Virus record (IMG/VR): IMGVR_UViG_3300027728_000010
From: an uncultured virus (IMG/VR IMGVR_UViG_3300027728_000010)
Lineage: Duplodnaviria; Heunggongvirae; Uroviricota; Caudoviricetes
DNA length: 64,000 nt
Direction: 5' to 3' (one strand)
The position numbers were made by a program, and so were the translations under genes. Shown one piece after another: positions 49,816 to 59,774 of the stretch (positions within the stretch are counted from its first letter, which is position 1; every line of letters starts with the position of its first letter). A model generated the notes under the pieces. It made no database searches and was not told the origin of the DNA. It worked only from the letters and a program-made list of their open reading frames with translations.

Positions 49816-50091
49816 ATGGAAACAAAGAGTAATACAGAACTAACCGGAGATAAAATCAATGTATTCGTTGAAAGATTAAAAAAAATTGGAATAGATGTAA
49901 AACTATCAGGAAACTTTCCTTGGATTTATCTTGATGAAATCTGTGGTATAAGAGTTAAAGAAACTTTCCAAGCAAACCACGGATTTACTGTGATGTTTTT
50001 ACCTGGAAGAAATGACTCACCACCATCCGACTTTACAGACATTAAAGAAATATTCAAGTTAATTAGAGAATATAAAAACAAAATAAAATGA
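49816..50091 (+). CDS. hypothetical protein upstream of array-containing ORF
   Basis: TATATTTG promoter; overlaps next start codon. Confidence 0.7.
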   Translation: METKSNTELTGDKINVFVERLKKIGIDVKLSGNFPWIYLDEICGIRVKETFQANHGFTVMFLPGRNDSPPSDFTDIKEIFKLIREYKNKIK

Positions 50092-50861
50092 TTAATCCAA
50101 AAGGAAAAAAATTAGAGAAACTTTTATTTGGAATCTTTGACGAGGCCATACAAGGGGTTGATACATATAACCATAATGGTAATTTGTGGTTGATTTTCAC
50201 TGATGAGATGAGGTGGGTTGTGGAATACACCAAAGAACAAACTCTATGGTATAACTATAGTTTCTTCAAACAAGAGATGGAAATTATTGGTTTGGATTGT
50301 GTTGAAAATAAAGATTTAATTCAAAAATGGTTTGAGTCAAGATTCTTAAATATTAATTCAGTTGAAGATACCATTCAAAATGGGGTGAAACACACCTCCA
50401 TGAATAATCCAAGGCGTTTGCTGCTTGTTGAAGATACCATTCAAAATGGGGTGAAACACACCTCTCTCATTGTCAATGGTTGGTTTGCTCGAGTTGAAGA
50501 TACCATTCAAAATGGGGTGAAACACACCGAATGGTCGGATTCAAATGGAAAAGTCATGGTTGAAGATACCATTCAAAATGGGGTGAAAAACACCAGAAAG
50601 GGAAATCCATATTTTCAGGAGTCCGTTGAAGACACCATTCAAAATGGGGTGAAATACGCCTATGTAGTGGAGGGACAACGTCAGTTACCGGTTAAAGATA
50701 CCATTCAAAATGGGGTGATACACACCTTCCACAAACGAAACATTCCTAACCCCGCGGTTGAAGATACCATTCAAAATGGGGTGATACACACCCAATCCAT
50801 TGAAATCATGTCCGCTGAACGTGTTGAAGATACCATTCAAAATGGGGTGATACACACCTAA
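50088..50861 (+). CDS. ORF with 91-aa N-terminal domain reading in-frame into the CRISPR-like array
   Basis: repeats translate as VEDTIQNGV(K/I)HT + 10 variable aa; stop in spacer 8; frame resumes to TAG at 51059. Confidence 0.6.
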   Translation: MINPKGKKLEKLLFGIFDEAIQGVDTYNHNGNLWLIFTDEMRWVVEYTKEQTLWYNYSFFKQEMEIIGLDCVENKDLIQKWFESRFLNINSVEDTIQNGVKHTSMNNPRRLLLVEDTIQNGVKHTSLIVNGWFARVEDTIQNGVKHTEWSDSNGKVMVEDTIQNGVKNTRKGNPYFQESVEDTIQNGVKYAYVVEGQRQLPVKDTIQNGVIHTFHKRNIPNPAVEDTIQNGVIHTQSIEIMSAERVEDTIQNGVIHT

Positions 50862-50990
50862 ATTCGAGGCGTTAAAATAGGATTGCTCGTTGAAGATACC
50901 ATTCAAAATGGGGTGATACACACCTTCGCAACTTCTAAAAGGCATCGATTGAAAGTTGAAGATACCATTCAAAATGGGGTTAAACATTGT
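50361..50990 (-). CRISPR. cas-less CRISPR array, type VI-B-like: ten 36-nt repeats, nine unique 30-nt spacers; degenerate 11th copy at ~51024
   Basis: repeat GTTGAAGATACCATTCAAAATGGGGTGA(A/T)ACACACC at exact 66-bp period; reverse complement resembles Cas13b direct repeats; strand inferred from that resemblance. Confidence 0.8.
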
Positions 50991-51092
50991 GAAGATGGTG
51001 ATTGGTTAGATGGTGATGAAAGGTTTGAAGATATTATTCAGAATGGTGAAAAAAAATAGATTTATTAAAAGATAATTTCTATCTTTGTTGTT

Positions 51093-51506
51093 ATGAAAAA
51101 GATTTACTTAGATGATGTTAGAACGCCAGTTGACAAAGATTGGATTGTTGTTCGTTCTTACGATGAGTTCGTTGAAAAAATAAATGATATTGGTCTAAAT
51201 GATATTGAACTTATTTCATTGGACCACGACTTGGGTGATAGTGCAATTGATGAATGGAAAAAAAATGTTTATACAAATTACACAATTGATTACAATAACA
51301 TTACAGAAAAAACAGGTATGGATTGTGTCAAATGGTTGGTTAACGAGTGGATGAATGGAAAACCAATTGTTGATGTTGTGGTTCATTCACATAATGCAAT
51401 TGGAAGTGGTAATATGATGGGTTATATTAATAACTACCGACATATCAATCGTTTGAAACAAAATTGCATTAGACTTGAGTGGGATTATACAATAGAAAAA
51501 ATATAA
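51093..51506 (+). CDS. cyclic-phosphate-processing receiver-like domain protein
   Basis: IYLDDVR, ISLDHDLG, TGMDCVKWL, HSHN. Confidence 0.8.
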   Translation: MKKIYLDDVRTPVDKDWIVVRSYDEFVEKINDIGLNDIELISLDHDLGDSAIDEWKKNVYTNYTIDYNNITEKTGMDCVKWLVNEWMNGKPIVDVVVHSHNAIGSGNMMGYINNYRHINRLKQNCIRLEWDYTIEKI

Positions 51507-51509
51507 AAA

Positions 51510-53645
51510 ATGGATTTAGATAAACTAACAATGGACGAACTTATTTCTTTGAGAAATAAAATTGAAGGACTTATTCATTCATATGAAGATGGATATTTAT
51601 ATATCTGTTCTGTCCGTCAGTTTGGTAGTGTGTGGGAAGAACGACCAAGTAGTTTATATTCTTTAAGGGAATTGTGTGATTCTTATTACGGGGACAACGG
51701 TATTGTTGATGTCTACACCAATAACCCAAATTTTGAATTTCCTGAAATGGAGTTCTACAATTATGGTGATGTTATGTATATTAAATCTGAGGATGATTAC
51801 AGAGAGTGGATTAAACACATTAAGGCTAAAAATCTTATTGAAGATGTAACACAACGACTTGATGAGTGGGATAAAAGTAAAGATAAACCATTTCAATACC
51901 GACCATCTTTTGCACCACATTGGACAAGAGAAGATGTTAGTGAATGGATTGAGGAGTTTGAAAATACCAAGTGGGATTTTGTTGAACCAAGGTCAATGAA
52001 GAAAGAATATTCTGAAGAAGATAGTGACGAATATAAAAAATAATAAAAATGAAAAAGTTTAGATTACCAAGAAAGACAAAAAAGAAATTAAAACAAGATT
52101 TTTTTACTTATCCAAAAAGTGAAAGAAATACTTATTTGGTTGCTTGGCCATATAAATACGAGGAAGATTATATTGCATACAAAAAAGGATTGTTAAGAGG
52201 TTTAAAAGAAGAATCAAAAAAAAGATTAAAAGATGAAAGAAAGGGAGATAATTTACGGAGTATGTGACAAGACAGGGTCTTGTGACTCATATTTTGGATT
52301 TTTTAAAAAAGAAAAATACGCAATCAAAGAATTACACATACAAGTTTCAAGAATGAAAGAAGATTTAGGTATGATTGATATAATTATAGAAAATAACCAA
52401 GCGGTTTTTAAAAATAAAAAAGTTATTACAATACACAGTTTTCTTTTAAGATGAAAAAAGATGTTTTAGTTCGTTTTGCCAACGACAATGTTTATTATAC
52501 TAAAATTAGTTTAGATGTGACAAAAATAAAAGAACCGATGGTTTTTCCAAGTGAAGTTTTTTTTACCATTGATGACATTAGAATTGCCGTAAAAAGAGAT
52601 GATTGGGAAGAAATAAAAAAAGAATTAACAACATAAAAAAATATTAATAGAACAGGAAGGTAAAATTTACAAAACAGTAATAACAAATCCTACACTTAAA
52701 GATAATTTATATTATAATTGTATTGTACACCCTGGTCATTAAAAATGAAATTAAAAGAACAATTATTAGAAAATGAAAATATTAATTAAACTAAATTTTT
52801 TACTGTTATTATTTCTTATAGTATTAACTTCTTGTAGGTCAAAAAAGAATGCAGGTTGTGATGCTTATTCGGAGTATATAATAAGCGAAGATTCAACAGT
52901 TGTTAGAGTATATCACTACCATATTGAAGAACAAAAAAAATGTTACTACAAAGTAGAAACGGTTCAAATTAAATAGTATGAAAAGACAACAAGTAAAAGT
53001 ATTTTTTATAAAGGACGAACCTTATTTCGCTTCTGATGAAAATGTAAAAATTGGAGATTTTGCAATAGTTACAGTTTCAGATGAATTTCCAACTTTAGTT
53101 GAATGTGCTAACGAATTTCAAATTGACCTATTTCAAAAACCAACTTTGAGTTCAACAAAAAGATATAAAGTATTATTTAAACCAAATCAAATTGAAACTT
53201 CCGTTGAAGAGTTAAAACTTATGACAGAAGAATCAAAAATAATAGAAATAGAACACGACGAAAATTCAGTTTTAAACATTGTAAAATGAAATTAATCGTA
53301 CCAATTAAAAACTTTGTAAAAGAGTTTTATGTTGTTAAATACGAACCAATAAGAAGTATCATTATCATATCAGATACAAATGAAGGGAGTTTGGGAGGAA
53401 CCCCAAATACTATATGGTTAGGTAAATTTAAAAGTAAAAATGTCATTTTAGCGTGGGGAAACATCAAAGAGATTGTTGGTGTCGATTATCACCACAAAGA
53501 TTATGTTAATGATTTAACTGAACTTTTTTCAAACGTTTATAGAAATAAAATCACAAGAGAATTTTTTGAAACATTAATTGAAAGTAATCTACCTGTTGAA
53601 TTTTCAATTAAAGAAGTTTTAGAATATTTTCCAAATTTAGAATAA
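51510..53645 (+). CDS. run of short hypothetical ORFs
   Basis: ORF track. Confidence 0.55.
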
Positions 53646-53646
53646 T

Positions 53647-54000
53647 ATGTCGCATCCAATTTTACACGCAAAAAGTTCTGCCAAAAAGTTTGGTGGAAAA
53701 TGGGAAGATTACATTCATCTTCACAACTGGCTAGATGGTACTAAGTCGTGGTATGGTCATTCATTTCACAGGATGTGGAGACACCACTCAGAAGGTATAT
53801 TTGAGATGGAACAAAGGTTTGGTCCCGAGTTCAAAAATAGTGACGGGAAAACCGTTTATACTCGTTACGTTGGAGAACAACACGTAAGAGAAGACTGTGA
53901 TGGATACATACCAACAGCAAAAGAATGGTTCACAATTGTTGAAAATAAACAAAGACCCACATGGGCAACAAGAACTCAGAAGTTAGAGTTTGAAGATTAG
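53647..54000 (+). CDS. DUF6915-like protein
   Basis: HPILHAKSSAKKFGG..DY..LHNWLD..HR..RHHSEGIF..GEQHVREDC. Confidence 0.75.
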   Translation: MSHPILHAKSSAKKFGGKWEDYIHLHNWLDGTKSWYGHSFHRMWRHHSEGIFEMEQRFGPEFKNSDGKTVYTRYVGEQHVREDCDGYIPTAKEWFTIVENKQRPTWATRTQKLEFED

Positions 54001-54014
54001 AGTATTTATATTAT

Positions 54015-54707
54015 ATGGAACTTTCAGACCAACTAAAAAAAGAATTAAAAAAGTATTGTTTATTACTTCACGCCTATAGTGACACTTCTTGGACTATTTC
54101 CCTTTGGTTTGAGGCCGATGATGACTATATTGATAGATTTGATAATAAAATTGTTTTTCACAACCATCGGACAAATCAAAAAATGGATGTTCCTCCAATC
54201 ATAGAAAACTTTTTAGAAGATTTAAGAAGTAATCTTAATTTTGACGAAATATATGAAATATGGTCCGGTGAAAACTATTGTAGAGGGTATTTGATTTTCA
54301 AGTTTGAACCTGAAGATGAACTTTTTGAACTTGTTATTGATTTTGAAGTAGAAAAAGTTGACGACTATACTTTTAATAATGAAATAGACGATTTTGAATT
54401 GACAGAAGAAAATAAAACTTATATCGATAATGCTATTGAAAACAACGTCGTAAGTAATGTAACTTTTGATGGTGGAGGTGATAGTGGTTATATTGAAAGT
54501 GTAGATTCAGAAGATAGAGAAGTTCCAAAGTTCATATTAGATATTTTATATGAAATTTTGGAAAACAATGTTGGTGGTTGGGAAATTAATGAAGGAAGTG
54601 CGGGTGAATTTGAAATTGATTATGAAGCAAATACAATTTTTACTAAAGTATCTATTTTTGGTTCAGAGTTTCAAGAAATAAATTATAAAGAGTTTGATTT
54701 GAATTAA
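54015..54707 (+). CDS. DUF6878-like acidic protein
   Basis: FDGGGDSG...GWEINEGSAG. Confidence 0.65.
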   Translation: MELSDQLKKELKKYCLLLHAYSDTSWTISLWFEADDDYIDRFDNKIVFHNHRTNQKMDVPPIIENFLEDLRSNLNFDEIYEIWSGENYCRGYLIFKFEPEDELFELVIDFEVEKVDDYTFNNEIDDFELTEENKTYIDNAIENNVVSNVTFDGGGDSGYIESVDSEDREVPKFILDILYEILENNVGGWEINEGSAGEFEIDYEANTIFTKVSIFGSEFQEINYKEFDLN

Positions 54708-54709
54708 AA

Positions 54710-55444
54710 ATGAATGAATTTAAAATTAGTGAAGAATTAAAAAAAGAATTAATAAAATTTAATCTTTATTGTGAAGCCACAATTGATGAAAGATTAATAT
54801 CTTGGCAGTTATCGTTTGCTGATGGTGGTGATATGTGGGAGGATGGGCCTAATATTCCCCCAGCGCTTTATGGTTATGACAATGAAAGTAAACCAATTAA
54901 AACTTTATCAGATTTTGTAAGTGAACTTTTTGAAAGAATTCCTTTAGATGATTACACAGATTGTGACGATTGTTTGGGGTATGGGTCTGTTGATGTAACT
55001 TATGACCACTTTAATTTTTTATTTAATGTAAAAGTTTATTCAACTCAAAGAAAAGAACATTTATATGAAAAAAACAAAACTTTCAATGAAGTTGTTAATG
55101 ACCAACCAATGTTCAATTGGGGAAATACAAATTATAAATATAAAAAATTAAACGACGATGAGTTTGTTGAAAGTTTAATTGAAGATGGTGATGGTACTGA
55201 TGATTACGAAATAACATATAACGGATATGGTGATAGTGGAGCTTTAGATGATAATAATCTACCGGCATCAATTGAAGATATTGCTTATGAATTAATAGAT
55301 TTATATTTTTCAGGGTGGGAGAATAATGAAGGTTCTGATGGTACAATTTATTTGGATTTAGAAAATAAAAAGTTTTCAATACAACATGTTTATTATGATG
55401 AAGAATCCGTTTTGGAATCAAATTTTAAAGTAAAAATAGTTTAA
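54710..55444 (+). CDS. DUF6878-like acidic protein, paralog of preceding gene
   Basis: YNGYGDSG...GWENNEGSDG. Confidence 0.65.
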   Translation: MNEFKISEELKKELIKFNLYCEATIDERLISWQLSFADGGDMWEDGPNIPPALYGYDNESKPIKTLSDFVSELFERIPLDDYTDCDDCLGYGSVDVTYDHFNFLFNVKVYSTQRKEHLYEKNKTFNEVVNDQPMFNWGNTNYKYKKLNDDEFVESLIEDGDGTDDYEITYNGYGDSGALDDNNLPASIEDIAYELIDLYFSGWENNEGSDGTIYLDLENKKFSIQHVYYDEESVLESNFKVKIV

Positions 55445-56355
55445 TGGACAAATTAAATGAAAATATAAATAGAATTAAACAATTAATGTCATTAATTGAA
55501 AATGAACAATTGTCATTTAATTTTGACGAAGAGCCAACAGACTCCTCAAAACCTGAAGAAAATAAGACACGACAAATATCTACAAACTCAGATGAGTTTA
55601 CTAAAAAGTATAAAGAAAAAGTATATTACATATTAAAAGATTTATATCAATCTAACTGGGATAGTGATAAAAGTAGAGGTCCTCGTGGCGGTGGTGGTGT
55701 TGTTGATGTTTATACGGTTTATGATTTATTAAAAGAAAAAGGTTTGGACGATTATGACCCTGAAGGTAGCAATTGGTCGATATTAAATTACTTTGATACT
55801 AATCCAATGGTTAGAAAAACCATTATTGATTTATATAAGTATGAAACTGGAAATGTTATCAATAATGAAGAAACTATGAATGACTTTATTAAATGGATGT
55901 CAAGAAATAGAAATAAGATATTCAAAGAAGGACCATTTTTAAAAACACTTATTGAATTGAATACTGAATCACTATATCAAGGTGAGTTGAATGAAAGAAG
56001 GGCTTATCAATATCTAACAAAAATAATAGAAAACTTACCGGGTTGGAAGTTGAAGGGACGTTCAGTTCCTGGTTCAAAATCAGATAGAGATGGTATTGAT
56101 TTTGTAATGGAAAAAGAAAATTCAGATAAGATTGCTAAATTCCAAGCAAAACCTTTAAATAGTATAGAAAGGGTTGGTAATTTTTATAAAGTAAAAAGTT
56201 ACAATATAAAAAACATTGATAAAAAACCCGTAGACTATTTTGTTTTTGCTTCAAGTGAAAATGACAATATTTATATATTTAGAAATAATATTGATAAATA
56301 CGTAATCTTAGATAACGACACAATCCAATTTGAGGAAGCACCAATTAAGTTTTAA
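55444..56355 (+). CDS. protein with LNENINRIKQLM leader and possible PD-(D/E)XK domain
   Basis: GELNE...DGIDFVM...FQAKP. Confidence 0.55.
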   Translation: MDKLNENINRIKQLMSLIENEQLSFNFDEEPTDSSKPEENKTRQISTNSDEFTKKYKEKVYYILKDLYQSNWDSDKSRGPRGGGGVVDVYTVYDLLKEKGLDDYDPEGSNWSILNYFDTNPMVRKTIIDLYKYETGNVINNEETMNDFIKWMSRNRNKIFKEGPFLKTLIELNTESLYQGELNERRAYQYLTKIIENLPGWKLKGRSVPGSKSDRDGIDFVMEKENSDKIAKFQAKPLNSIERVGNFYKVKSYNIKNIDKKPVDYFVFASSENDNIYIFRNNIDKYVILDNDTIQFEEAPIKF

Positions 56356-56357
56356 TT

Positions 56358-57482
56358 ATGAGTTTAGAAGTTGCAAAAGATTTAGTAGAAAAATTTAATA
56401 ATGGTGATTATGAAGATGAAATCGAGTCGTATTTCAATACCTTGATGAATTTTTTCAAATTTATTAAAAAATATGGTTTATTAGATGAACTTGATTTAGG
56501 ACAAATACCATCAAGAGAGTTTGATGATGAACATTTTTCTTTTTTAACTGAAAATGGTGTTGTATCAAACATGAATTATGATAGTATGCCAGAAGGATTC
56601 AAAAATCACTTTTTACTATATGGTTTAGAAAACAACTATGAAGGCACAATGTGGTTTATTACAAATAATCTTATTACTGATGTAATTATTAAACCTGACG
56701 GGTTTTATCTTAGTTTAAGAGATAGAGAAGAACTGGAGATTTTATTTTGTGGTAATAGACGAGGTGAAGGTGCAAGATATGTTGCAAAAATTGTTTTAAG
56801 TGAAGATGGTTTAGACCATGAATGGTATTATGACAATAGTGTAAGCCCACATCAAGTTGTTGATGAATTGGATGATACTAACATCACAACACTTAAAGAT
56901 ATTATTTTTAAAGAAATCGGAGATATAGAATTATCTTTAGAAGATTACAACTCTGATTTTTTTGAAGAACTTTCTGAAGAACAAGGAACTGAAGGTTATT
57001 TTAGAATTAGAGCTCAGGACTTAAATGGTTTAGTAAATGATGAAGGTGCGTTTAACGAGTTATGTAAAAATGATTTGGATGATTTAGGTTCTAATTTAAA
57101 AAGTTTATATTGGAACTCTGAAAATAGTGCATATGAAGATGAGGTGTATGATTTAGTATATGATGGTTTAGATGAATACTTTGAAGGTAGAATTGATGAT
57201 GTTCCAAGAGAGGTTACTAGAACTGATGGGTCTAAAGTAACTAGATATGATAGTTACATAAAAATCAGAAATTACCAAAACATAATTAAAACATTTTTAG
57301 AGAATAATAAAGGAGAAACATATAGTGATTCTCATTTAGAATATTATGGTGGTTTAACTTCGTTAATGGTTGGTATGATGAATAACGATGATATTGATTG
57401 TATTGATTTTAGAGTTCCTGAATATCCTGATTGGGATAGAACAACAAAAAACATAAATGAATTGTTTCACGATTATATTTAG
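56358..57482 (+). CDS. acidic phage protein
   Basis: 374-aa ORF. Confidence 0.7.
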   Translation: MSLEVAKDLVEKFNNGDYEDEIESYFNTLMNFFKFIKKYGLLDELDLGQIPSREFDDEHFSFLTENGVVSNMNYDSMPEGFKNHFLLYGLENNYEGTMWFITNNLITDVIIKPDGFYLSLRDREELEILFCGNRRGEGARYVAKIVLSEDGLDHEWYYDNSVSPHQVVDELDDTNITTLKDIIFKEIGDIELSLEDYNSDFFEELSEEQGTEGYFRIRAQDLNGLVNDEGAFNELCKNDLDDLGSNLKSLYWNSENSAYEDEVYDLVYDGLDEYFEGRIDDVPREVTRTDGSKVTRYDSYIKIRNYQNIIKTFLENNKGETYSDSHLEYYGGLTSLMVGMMNNDDIDCIDFRVPEYPDWDRTTKNINELFHDYI

Positions 57483-57511
57483 AATATAAAATATTTATTT
57501 ATATTAAATTT

Positions 57512-58540
57512 ATGAGCAACTTATATTACAACACCGCAGAAGAAAAAATGATGATTGTGGAATCATTATTAAAAGAAAATGAAGATAAAGAACTTCAAAG
57601 AATAATGGATAGAGAATTTCAAAAATTGAAACCAATTCCGTTAGACATGTTTGCGGCACAAGCTGCAATATCTAATATTATTCAAGCTGAAGTATCAAGG
57701 GGTACTGTAAATTATAATAGGTCAGCGACTGGTCTGATGTCATTAGATTTACAAAACGTAACAATTAGAAATAAATTTAGGTTGGACAATTACTACAAAA
57801 GATTTTATAAGTCAAGACACAGAGGTTTTGATTTTGAAGGACTTATTGCGGGTTTTTTAGATGCTGAAATATCTGAAAATAAAAATTCGGCTTACGATAT
57901 TGTACCACCAAATGGTGAGTTAATTTCTTGTAAAACGGTTAGAAACACTAGTGAATCAATAGTTTTAAAATCTGTGAAAACACAAATGAAACAATACTAT
58001 GATATGTATAATGGACCCGAAGAGTATAAAAAACATTTAGAAGCGATATTGAGTTCAACTAACCCCATCAGCGAATTAGTAGATTCTGAAATTCCTGATT
58101 ATATTGATATTGCAGAAGAAATTATTGACAAAGCTCTTTCAGAAGTTGATGGCATGTTATTAGGAGTCCCAATGCAAGACAACAAAATTAAAATGTATTA
58201 TTTTAATAAAGAAAAGTTAATTGAGTTGGCACTTACTCCTGATATGATTAAAGAACCAAAAAGTAAGGGTTCAATACAGATTAGGTATTCTTCAAAAATA
58301 TTTTCAAACCCAACAATCAGTGGGGAAATAGTATTTCCAAATCTAACAAATCAAGAATATAAAGAATTTTTTTTAGGTGATGAAGCAACAAAAAAAGTAG
58401 AAGATACACTAAATAATTTTGGAGCTAAATATGGCGTTAGAAATTTAGGTAGACAATTACCACAAGACATTATCAAAGATTTGGCTAAAAGTGAAAGATT
58501 TATAACTGACATGGATTTTATTTTAGGTAAACAAGAATGA
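57512..58540 (+). CDS. possible PD-(D/E)XK-fold protein
   Basis: GFDFEGLIA...YDIV...ISCKT. Confidence 0.5.
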   Translation: MSNLYYNTAEEKMMIVESLLKENEDKELQRIMDREFQKLKPIPLDMFAAQAAISNIIQAEVSRGTVNYNRSATGLMSLDLQNVTIRNKFRLDNYYKRFYKSRHRGFDFEGLIAGFLDAEISENKNSAYDIVPPNGELISCKTVRNTSESIVLKSVKTQMKQYYDMYNGPEEYKKHLEAILSSTNPISELVDSEIPDYIDIAEEIIDKALSEVDGMLLGVPMQDNKIKMYYFNKEKLIELALTPDMIKEPKSKGSIQIRYSSKIFSNPTISGEIVFPNLTNQEYKEFFLGDEATKKVEDTLNNFGAKYGVRNLGRQLPQDIIKDLAKSERFITDMDFILGKQE

Positions 58541-58639
58541 ATATTTTAATAAAAGAAATTTAGATTAATTGTTTGATTAATTAAAATATCTTTTTTATAT
58601 TTGTACTATTATTAATCATTTTAAAATAAACAAAAAATT

Positions 58640-58888
58640 ATGGCAACAAAATCAGGAAACAAAGGACGTTACATTTGCAAAGTTGGATTCTTTGACATCT
58701 ATGCTAAAGACACATTGAAACCAAAAAAAGAAAGTAAATATAAGTTTGTTAAGGGAGATGTTAAGTCAACTGAGTATGTTGTGTATCATGCAAAAAAAAT
58801 TACCGAGCAAGGTTTAAAGACTAAAGACTTAGCAGTTGCTAAGGCCATTGAGCTATTAGGTTCAAAGGCAGTTTTATATAGTCTTTAA
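58640..58888 (+). CDS. hypothetical basic protein
   Basis: own TATATTTG promoter and terminator at ~58912-58936. Confidence 0.7.
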   Translation: MATKSGNKGRYICKVGFFDIYAKDTLKPKKESKYKFVKGDVKSTEYVVYHAKKITEQGLKTKDLAVAKAIELLGSKAVLYSL

Positions 58889-58958
58889 TATCTCGTCACT
58901 ATATAGTAAATAAGTCAGGATAACCTGACTTTTTTTATGCTTGAAATATTTATAAATT

Positions 58959-59774
58959 ATGAAAGTAGTTATTACAGAATCCCAGTTCAAATACTTGTTG
59001 GAAAACACGAGTCCTTGCCCTGAAGGAAAAAAAGAAAATGAACTTATTACCTTGGACCAAATTAAAGATGGTAAAATAATTGAAAAAGGTTATTGTAATA
59101 GTAGTGAAAGTTCCGCGATTGTTAAAATTCAAAAATTATTACAAGATAAAAAATTGTTGGATACAAAAAGTAATAAAGGTTATTATGGTGATAAAACCCA
59201 AGAGGCTATTAAAAAACTATGGGAACCTGAAACAGTTAAAGGTACGCAAATAGGTAAAAAGACATTAGAAAAATTAGAAGGAGAAAAAAAAGAAGAAGAA
59301 GAACCTAAGTCTGAAGAAACAACAACATTTAGTGATTTGTCAGAAAAAAACAAAAAAATTGTTTGTACTCTTATAGGTGAAGCGGGAGGTGAATCAGATG
59401 CTTATAAAGGAATGCAGGCTGTTGCAAATGTTTTAAAAAATAGGGCAGACAATGATTTTATGGGTTATGGGTCTTCTGTTGAAAAACAGGCTTTAGCAAA
59501 TAAACAATTTTCAATGTGGAATAAATATAATAGTGGTGGTGAAAAACTGCAAGACATTTATAACAAATATAAAAATCACAAACAAATGTCAAATGCAATA
59601 TCAATTGCAAAAAGTATAGATTCAATTAGTGATGTAACTGACGGAGCACAATTTTATTATGCCACATATGTAAAACCATATTGGTCTAAAGACACGGACA
59701 CCACTAAATGGGTACCAACCGTTACAATAGGAAATCATAAGTTCGGTAACGTGGTTAAGAAAAAGAAAAAATGA
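58959..59774 (+). CDS. SleB/Hydrolase_2 cell wall hydrolase with PG-binding domain and VVITESQ leader
   Basis: TLIGEAGGE..GMQAVANVLKNR, QFSMWN, TDGAQFYYA, IGNHKF. Confidence 0.88.
   Translation: MKVVITESQFKYLLENTSPCPEGKKENELITLDQIKDGKIIEKGYCNSSESSAIVKIQKLLQDKKLLDTKSNKGYYGDKTQEAIKKLWEPETVKGTQIGKKTLEKLEGEKKEEEEPKSEETTTFSDLSEKNKKIVCTLIGEAGGESDAYKGMQAVANVLKNRADNDFMGYGSSVEKQALANKQFSMWNKYNSGGEKLQDIYNKYKNHKQMSNAISIAKSIDSISDVTDGAQFYYATYVKPYWSKDTDTTKWVPTVTIGNHKFGNVVKKKKK

Noticed and set aside
50685..50987. Minus-strand 100-aa ORF across the array
   Set aside because: Consequence of a stop-free repeat with 66-nt period; no initiation context.
50361..50990. Diversity-generating retroelement as source of the variable segments
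   Set aside because: No reverse transcriptase or TR/VR pair; spacers are wholly unrelated rather than adenine-mutated.
45000..58540. cas genes near the array
   Set aside because: No ORF of Cas13/Cas9/Cas12 size and no recognisable Cas1/Cas2 or paired RxxxxH motifs nearby.
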